Shown here piece after piece: positions 58,158 through 64,000 of a stretch of DNA of 64,000 nucleotides. Source of the stretch: a virus; IMG/VR virus record IMGVR_UViG_3300045988_158809; one strand, given 5' to 3'. The position numbers and the translations under genes were made by a program. Every line of letters begins with the position of its first letter. Positions within the stretch are counted from its first letter, which is position 1. The notes under the pieces were generated by a model, which was not told the DNA's origin, made no database searches, and saw only the letters and a program-made list of their open reading frames with translations.

Positions 58158-58182
58158 TTATTTAACAGTAAAAATATTAGAC

Positions 58183-58689
58183 ATGCAGAGATTTGACAAT
58201 TTACTTGAAAAGTGGGCTACAACCTTTAAGGCCATATCTCACAATCCTGAAGGAGGAGCGGCAGGAAAACGTTTTTTCAGGATAGACGGACCGGAACATT
58301 TAAGTACAGTCCTGAACTCAATAGTAGGAGTTAAAACACCGATTGTGGGGTATATAACGCAAATAGCAGGAACGGCAATTGACAATAAGGACGGGCTTAT
58401 GGAGTATATTCACAGGGTGTTTATCTTTTCATACGCCAGAGTTCAGAACAATTACAGGGACGACCTTGTGGCTACTGAAAGCAAGGTGGAAGCTGTGGAG
58501 ATTGCCGAAAAGCTTATAGCTTATTTGCGCCAGTTGAAAAAACAGGACCCTGAGTACCGTGGCCTGAGTCTTGACGATACAGCCTTGATGGCATATCCGG
58601 TGAAATTTGGCAACTGGTATCCTGTTGAAGTAACTTTCTACCAGACGCAGAATTATAACATGTGTGTTAATCCTGAAGATTATTATTAA
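58183..58689 (+). CDS. tail-module protein, function unassigned (168 aa); paralog of 29620..30165
   Basis: Two genes upstream of the tape measure. Confidence 0.65.
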   Translation: MQRFDNLLEKWATTFKAISHNPEGGAAGKRFFRIDGPEHLSTVLNSIVGVKTPIVGYITQIAGTAIDNKDGLMEYIHRVFIFSYARVQNNYRDDLVATESKVEAVEIAEKLIAYLRQLKKQDPEYRGLSLDDTALMAYPVKFGNWYPVEVTFYQTQNYNMCVNPEDYY

Positions 58690-58690
58690 A

Positions 58691-59206
58691 ATGGAAGAAG
58701 ATAAAAAAATAATTCCTGTAAACAGAAAAGTTGCCTTCATTGTGTCCGATACACTGACGGCGTTAAAAGAAAATTTTGATACACAGCGTATCTATCCGTT
58801 TGAGGTTTATCCGGGTTACAAGGAGAAAAACGAAAAGGTAAAAAAAGGATGGAAAAGTACAGGGCGTGCTTATAGATCGTTCAGAGGCGAGATTTTAAGC
58901 TCCAAGATAGACGATGTTCATATCCGATTTACCTATATGTATTACATGAGGTTTGTCGATATGGGTGTGGGTAAAGGACGAAAAATCGGTGATGTAAATA
59001 CCCAGCTTGATGCATCCAGAAAAGTCAGGTATGTCAAGATATGGAATGCGGCAAAAGGGGAAACGCATCGTCCGGCATTGATGATGGAGTATAAACGTCA
59101 GAGCAAAAGGCTTGAAAGCTATTGGGTTAACGCATTCGAAGATGCAGCTATGTTCACTATCATGCGAACGCTTGACGGAATGGAAATCAATATCGGAGAA
59201 GAGTGA
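58691..59206 (+). CDS. tail-module protein, function unassigned (171 aa); paralog of 38246..38773
   Basis: ATG 58691 directly after the upstream stop (track start 58664 overlaps); immediately upstream of the tape measure. Confidence 0.65.
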   Translation: MEEDKKIIPVNRKVAFIVSDTLTALKENFDTQRIYPFEVYPGYKEKNEKVKKGWKSTGRAYRSFRGEILSSKIDDVHIRFTYMYYMRFVDMGVGKGRKIGDVNTQLDASRKVRYVKIWNAAKGETHRPALMMEYKRQSKRLESYWVNAFEDAAMFTIMRTLDGMEINIGEE

Positions 59207-59207
59207 G

Positions 59208-59235
59208 AAAGGAGGGCGGCGGCTCTCCTTTTTTT
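59208..59235 (+). terminator. terminator-like hairpin (7-bp stem, T-run)
   Basis: aaaggag ggcggcggct ctccttt tttt. Confidence 0.4.
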
Positions 59236-59266
59236 GTCTCTAAAGCCTTTATTGTGAGGGCTAAAT

Positions 59267-59298
59267 TTGCCATAAACAATCATTCTTATTTATGGCAA
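59267..59298 (+). promoter_or_regulatory. 10-bp perfect inverted repeat enclosing the tape-measure start codon
   Basis: ttgccataaa (59267-59276) / 12-nt loop / tttatggcaa (59289-59298); the ATG is 59292-59294. Confidence 0.5.
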
Positions 59299-62200
59299 AA
59301 AGCGACAGCAACAAGGTTGCACATATAGAACTTCTACTTAATGGTAATAAGGCACGAAATGTGCTTGAAGGATTACGTCGCGGTGCGGAATCCTTGAAAA
59401 AAGAACTGGAGGAACTGAAAGCGACAGGCCTTCCTGATGATGACAAGCGTGTCAAACAGTTGACCGCTGCATTAAAAGATGCCACGAGTGCGGTAAACGC
59501 GGCAGAACGTAATTTGCTTGACCTTGACAGTATTGTGAAAAATCTTAGCAGTCAAAGTCTGAAAAAACTTGAAGCTGCCGCAAGACAGCTAAAGAAACAA
59601 ATGTCGCTTACGGCTGGAGATGACCCGAAGTTAAATGAACTCATAAAGCAGTATCAGACTATCAATGAACAGATTGATAATATCACTAATCGGTGGAAAA
59701 AGCAAAACACAGAACTTAATCAGACTGAGAAGGAGTTGCTTGATATCAAGAAGATAATAGACAGTCTTGATACGCAGAGCGTTGATGTTCTGGAAAAAGC
59801 CAAAAGTCAGATAAAGAAAGAATACACGAGTGTTTCGCCAACCGATCCTAAAATGAAGGAACTGGCGGCACAGTATAAAATCATTGATGAAAGAATAAGT
59901 GATATAAACAACGGGCTAAAGCGGCAAAACACAGAACTTGACAGTTCTGAAAAAGAATTGCTGGACATTAAGAAGATTGTAGATACTCTTGATACTCAAA
60001 GCCTGAAAATCTTGAATCAGGCAAAGACTCAAATAGAAAAAGACCTGAACGAGGCAATACCCGGTTCAGAACAAATGGCTGAATTGTCAGAGCAGTATAA
60101 GGTTATAAAAAACAGAATATCCGAAGTTTCTGATACCTGGAAAAAACAGGAAGAGGTAATTGAAGATGTAGAAGAAGAATTGCTTGATGTCAATAAGATT
60201 CTGAAAGAACTTAACAAGCAGGATTTGGCTACTCTTACCAAAGCCATGAAGCAGGTAAGGGATGAAATGGAACATACGGCTGCCAATTCTCCTAAAATGA
60301 AAGAATTGGCCAAGCTGTATCAAGCCCTTGATGACCAGGTATCGAAAATAACAGGTTCATGGAAGCGTCAGGACGGCGCTATTACGTCTGTGGTGCGCAG
60401 ACTTGCCGCGTATGTGTCGGTGTATGGCGGATTTAATCTGGTTACAGACCGTTTGCGACAGATAGTTACTGGGAATCTGGAATTTTCCGATTCCCTTGCA
60501 GATATTCAGAAAACTACCGGACTTTCTGCCGACGGTGTAGCTGAATTAAGTTACCAGATAAGCAAGATTGATACCCGTACAAGTGTTCAGGCTCTTCATG
60601 AACTTGCATACGAAGCCGGAAAGCTTGGTATAGGTAGCGAAGGTGTGGAAGGTGTGGCAGGATTCGTTCGTGCAGCAGATAAGATTTCAGTTGCTTTGGG
60701 AGAAGAACTTGGAGGTTCGGAAGCGATTAAGGAACTGATGAAAATGAATGATGTGTTAGGCCTTACACAGAAAATGGGTATTGAAAAATCCCTTATGGCC
60801 ACAGGTTCTGCAATCAATCTTTTAGGACAGACTTCTACTGCTAATGCAAGTTATATAGCTGATTTCGCAAAGAGACTTTCAGGTATTGCCACACAGGCCC
60901 ATATAACAATGGATGAAATTCTGGCTTTTGGTGCGGCAGCAGACGCAACAGGTCAGGAGGTGGAAGTGGCGGCTACTGCAATGAACTTGTTTATCACACA
61001 GTTACAGACACACTATAAGACAGTTTCTCAGGCAGCCGGAGTAAATGAAGAAACAATAAAGAATCTTCTTGAAATGGGTAAGACTACCGAAGCTGTCATG
61101 ATAGTTCTTAGAGGATTGTCAGAGAAAGGCGGTCTTTCACAGTTAGGGCCAATTATGAAAGATTTAGGTTCGGAAGGTGCGCGTATGTCTGGTGTGCTTG
61201 CCAACTTCGCAAGTAATCTTGATATGGTGGAACAGGCTTTAATGGTCTCAAAAAAAGGTTTTACAGAAGCTACTTCAGTAACCAACGAATATAACATCAA
61301 GAATGAAAATGCGGCGGCCATAATGGAGAAGATGGCTAATTCATGGGAGAAGATGTTTGTCAATTCCCAGAATACCGGACTTGTGAAAGATATGGCCGAC
61401 AATTTCTATGAGCTTTCAAAATCCTTGCAGCAAAGCAGCGTGTGGATGAACTCTATATATGCTATATTATGGGGATTACAGAAACTCATATCCACACTCA
61501 TTGCTTCCCTTCCTGTTTTGATAACGCTGTTTACTTTGAAGGGGCTTGTGGTGGGTATCGCTCGTCTTTCAGCCTTTATAAAAGAAGCCCGTGCGGCTGC
61601 TACTGCAATGACCGTGCTTAATTCAGCCATGAAAAGCAATGTCATAATTTCTGTTATCAGTCTTGTGGCCGGTCTTGCATTCAGTCTTGTAAATCTAAAA
61701 CGTGAACTATCCGATGTAGAAAAATCTGCAAACGACCTTAGTGACAGCTTTCGCAAATTCAGTAAGGACAGTAACGCCGCAGGAATAGAAGCAAATACCC
61801 TTTTTGGACGATTGAAAAACCTGAAAGCAGGTACTGATGAACGTCGTGATTTGCTCATTAAGATTAATGAACTATATGGAAAATACATTCCCCATCTGCT
61901 TTCCGAAAAATCCACTCTTGAAGAAATTAAGGAAGCCCAGGATGCGGTAAACGCTTCGCTGGCACAATCCATAGCCTACCGTTCAAAGGAGTCGGCCATA
62001 CAGCGAGTTGGTGAACAATATACAAGCAAGCTGGCCGACCAGATTAGTGATTTGCAGAATGTGTATAGTGCGGCTGGAGTAGGGAACTTAGGAGATATTG
62101 ATGCACAGAAGTTAGCAGAACTTACGGCAAAGTATTATGATGCAGGGCTGAAATGGCGCTCGGCGCAAAAACAGATCTGGCAGGACATGTACGGGCAGAA

Positions 62201-64000
62201 AGGTATGTCACACAGTCTGGTTACTGAGAACAGTGTGTTTATCAATCGAATGGATGAAGCGCAGCGTGCTGTAAATAATTATGTGGCCCATTTCTACAAC
62301 CAGCAGCAGGCAATAAAAAATATCAATAAAAAGTACGATCCGGTTATCGGTTCCTACAAGCCGAAGGAAGAAGAGGAAGGTCCGTATAAAATTACGGAGG
62401 CAGAAAAAGACTCTGAAGCCAAACGCCGACAACGTGAAGCATTGAAATATGCGCGCGATGAATACGATGCGGTTATGGCAGCTATCAAGGTGTATTACAG
62501 CCAGCAGCGTCAGGTTATCAATGACAGCTACCTGCAGCAGAAGATTACAACCGAACAGCGGGAAAAGGAACTTACTGACATTGAACTGAGAGAATTGAAC
62601 ACACGCATAGAGGCACGTAAGAAGCTTCATGGCGATGCCGATGAGAACTGGGCTACAGAACTTGGTTACATTTCGCAGAATGACATTGCAAAAACGGATT
62701 CTTCGCAAAAGGCTATTGTAAACCTCACCTCGAAAAACCTGGACGACATTCGCGAAAAACTGAAAAAGTTTGGTACCGGTGAAATGGATGGAATATGGTC
62801 TGAGCTGGAAAAAGATCTTTTGAAGATTCAGGAAATATCCATCGATTTGCAGAAGGAAATCGAGGACATTCTTCTGAAAAAAGATTATTCCGGGCAGGTG
62901 GAAAGAAACTATCAGGCACAGCTTGAAAAGCTCGGACTTTTCTTTACGCAATATGAAGAGATGGCGAAGGAAGGAATGGAGGGTGCTTCCGGAGAAATGC
63001 TTTTAGGCCTGAAAAAGCTGGCCAACCAGGCAGCAGGTGAAGGAATGAAGGCATTGCTCGATATAAGCAAACAGCTTTACACCATCGATATAAATACCGA
63101 AGAAGGACAGGCGGCTTTCCGTAAGATGTTGTCCGACCAGGCTATTTTCGGCGAAGAAATGGTAAATCTGGAAGGAGACCGTCTGAAGGCACTTTATTAC
63201 AAGACCATTGAATACGGCGACGCTACCACTCAGGCCATAAAAAAGCAGCGCGAGGAGCAGTTGAAGATTGCAGCAGAAAGATTTGCTCCACGCCAGCGCG
63301 AGCTTGATAAAGAGGGAAAAGGTTATGAATGGGCTGTAAATTTCCGGAAAGCAGAGCATGACATTGGTCTGGCCACTCCAGGAATGGTGCTCGATACGGA
63401 AGTGGAAATGTATCGTCAACGACTGGAAGCCGCTCAGGAATATTACGATTATCTGGCCACGCATGGATACGATGTGGAAGAGCAGCGTATGGTAGTAGAA
63501 CAGGCCGCTTCCGATTTGTCGGAAAAGATGGTGGAGCAGGTAAAAAACAGGTTGAGCACCTATAAAGACTATTTCGATGCCTTTGAGGAAATGGGAGAAA
63601 ACTTTACCTTTGAGGGTGGAGAAGAAGGGCTTGAAGCGCGACAGGAAGCGTTTGAGAATTTCGTGAAGGAAATGGGAAATCTCACGAAAGAGCTCATCAT
63701 GAACTGGGTGAAGGAGAAGATAGAACATGCGCTCATTCGTGCGGCGATGGTTGATACAGAGAAAGAATCGCAGGATGAAATGAGTGATGTGTCAAAGGAA
63801 GGTTTGGAAAGTGAGGGAGATATAGCGAAGAAAGCTGGTAAGAAAACTTTGAGCGAAATAGCAAAAGTTGGCTTGTCAAAGATTTCCTTGAAAAAGAAAG
63901 AAAACAAGGATGTGACAAATGTAGTTCAGGAAGGGCAGAATGCTGAACAGACCTTAGTTCAGGAAGGAGCCGGGGCCATTGCTAACGCTACAATGCAAAT
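59292..64000 (+). CDS. tail tape measure protein, 3'-truncated by the window end (more than 1569 aa)
   Basis: The frame is open from ATG 59292 to the window end. I checked codons 59292-60240 explicitly and read the rest through without seeing a stop. It is absent from the ORF track because it is unterminated. Features: coiled-coil repeats, the core segment LADIQKTTGLSADGVAELSYQISKIDTRTSVQALHELAYEAGKLG and a hydrophobic segment, all typical of tape measures. Confidence 0.8.
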   Translation, partial: MAKSDSNKVAHIELLLNGNKARNVLEGLRRGAESLKKELEELKATGLPDDDKRVKQLTAALKDATSAVNAAERNLLDLDSIVKNLSSQSLKKLEAAARQLKKQMSLTAGDDPKLNELIKQYQTINEQIDNITNRWKKQNTELNQTEKELLDIKKIIDSLDTQSVDVLEKAKSQIKKEYTSVSPTDPKMKELAAQYKIIDERISDINNGLKRQNTELDSSEKELLDIKKIVDTLDTQSLKILNQAKTQIEKDLNEAIPGSEQMAELSEQYKVIKNRISEVSDTWKKQEEVIEDVEEELLDVNKILKELNKQDLATLTKAMKQVRDEMEHTAANSPKMKELAKLYQALDDQVSKITGSWKRQDGAITSVVRRLAAYVSVYGGFNLVTDRLRQIVTGNLEFSDSLADIQKTTGLSADGVAELSYQISKIDTRTSVQALHELAYEAGKLGIGSEGVEGVAGFVRAADKISVALGEELGGSEAIKELMKMNDVLGLTQKMGIEKSLMATGSAINLLGQTSTANASYIADFAKRLSGIATQAHITMDEILAFGAAADATGQEVEVAATAMNLFITQLQTHYKTVSQAAGVNEETIKNLLEMGKTTEAVMIVLRGLSEKGGLSQLGPIMKDLGSEGARMSGVLANFASNLDMVEQALMVSKKGFTEATSVTNEYNIKNENAAAIMEKMANSWEKMFVNSQNTGLVKDMADNFYELSKSLQQSSVWMNSIYAILWGLQKLISTLIASLPVLITLFTLKGLVVGIARLSAFIKEARAAATAMTVLNSAMKSNVIISVISLVAGLAFSLVNLKRELSDVEKSANDLSDSFRKFSKDSNAAGIEANTLFGRLKNLKAGTDERRDLLIKINELYGKYIPHLLSEKSTLEEIKEAQDAVNASLAQSIAYRSKESAIQRVGEQYTSKLADQISDLQNVYSAAGVGNLGDIDAQKLAELTAKYYDAGLKWRSAQKQIWQDMYGQKGMSHSLVTENSVFINRMDEAQRAVNNYVAHFYNQQQAIKNINKKYDPVIGSYKPKEEEEGPYKITEAEKDSEAKRRQREALKYARDEYDAVMAAIKVYYSQQRQVINDSYLQQKITTEQREKELTDIELRELNTRIEARKKLHGDADENWATELGYISQNDIAKTDSSQKAIVNLTSKNLDDIREKLKKFGTGEMDGIWSELEKDLLKIQEISIDLQKEIEDILLKKDYSGQVERNYQAQLEKLGLFFTQYEEMAKEGMEGASGEMLLGLKKLANQAAGEGMKALLDISKQLYTIDINTEEGQAAFRKMLSDQAIFGEEMVNLEGDRLKALYYKTIEYGDATTQAIKKQREEQLKIAAERFAPRQRELDKEGKGYEWAVNFRKAEHDIGLATPGMVLDTEVEMYRQRLEAAQEYYDYLATHGYDVEEQRMVVEQAASDLSEKMVEQVKNRLSTYKDYFDAFEEMGENFTFEGGEEGLEARQEAFENFVKEMGNLTKELIMNWVKEKIEHALIRAAMVDTEKESQDEMSDVSKEGLESEGDIAKKAGKKTLSEIAKVGLSKISLKKKENKDVTNVVQEGQNAEQTLVQEGAGAIANATMQ
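59619..60380 (+). repeat. about 3.4 tandem in-frame repeats of 222-225 nt (74-75 aa) in the tape measure N-terminus
   Basis: Units start at 59619, 59844, 60066 and 60288: DPKLNELIKQYQTINEQI.. / DPKMKELAAQYKIIDERI.. / EQMAELSEQYKVIKNRI.. / PKMKELAKLYQALDDQV.. Confidence 0.8.

Larger units (their letters stand above)
1..64000. mobile_element. segment of a tailed-phage / phage-plasmid genome (Bacteroidota-type promoters)
   Basis: Tape measure, tail-fibre-like genes and many small orphan ORFs, together with Rep+iterons, ParA+centromere-like repeats and a primase-helicase. TAnnTTTG -7 boxes lie upstream of many starts. Confidence 0.7.

Noticed and set aside
59261-63918. Series of minus-strand ORFs (for example 61406..61972, 62208..62951, 63003..63728) that are the only track entries after 59.3 kb
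   Set aside because: They lie antisense to an open + strand frame running from 59292 to the window end, which encodes a typical tape measure. The + ORF is missing from the track only because it has no stop in the window.

Overview
The window is a gene-dense segment (about 100 mostly small ORFs, mostly on the + strand) of a tailed-phage genome that also carries plasmid-type maintenance functions. It is probably a phage-plasmid of a Bacteroidota host. Many gene starts are preceded by the Bacteroides-type -7 box TAnnTTTG, and twice a -33 TTTG sits exactly 19 nt upstream of it.

Layout:
- 1-8.9 kb: early-type block of orphan genes. Every gene junction carries the same CCTATGG...AATCACTG-Tn motif.
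- 9.0-12.1 kb: minus-strand XRE-Rep-HU operon beside an iteron origin with 22-bp phasing.
- 12.5-38.8 kb: long + strand block of orphans with scattered nucleotide/DNA-modification genes. These are a PAPS-reductase-like gene split by a G9 tract, a beta-class N6/N4 MTase, a DUF4406-like gene, a radical SAM gene, an ACP-domain fusion, a MazG-like gene, a phage Dam-type MTase with an in-frame G8 tract, and a DUF1599-like gene.
- 38.9-49.2 kb: partition/replication cassette. It holds a centromere-like repeat field, ParA, an RHH partner, an HTH regulator, a DEDDh exonuclease, a primase/P-loop helicase fusion and a protein with an SSB-type tail. Related TTTTGTCTG-box regions bracket it.
- 49.5-53.9 kb: lipoprotein moron, tail-fibre-like genes and membrane proteins.
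- 54.0-58.2 kb: AT-rich island with an opposite-strand operon, an XRE/zinc-ribbon regulator and a membrane-anchored HIRAN protein.
- 58.2-64.0 kb: tail genes ending in a tape measure ORF of more than 1569 aa that is cut by the window end.

I recognised no rRNA, tRNA, CRISPR array, integrase, terminase, portal or capsid gene. All domain calls come from motif recognition by eye, not from database searches.
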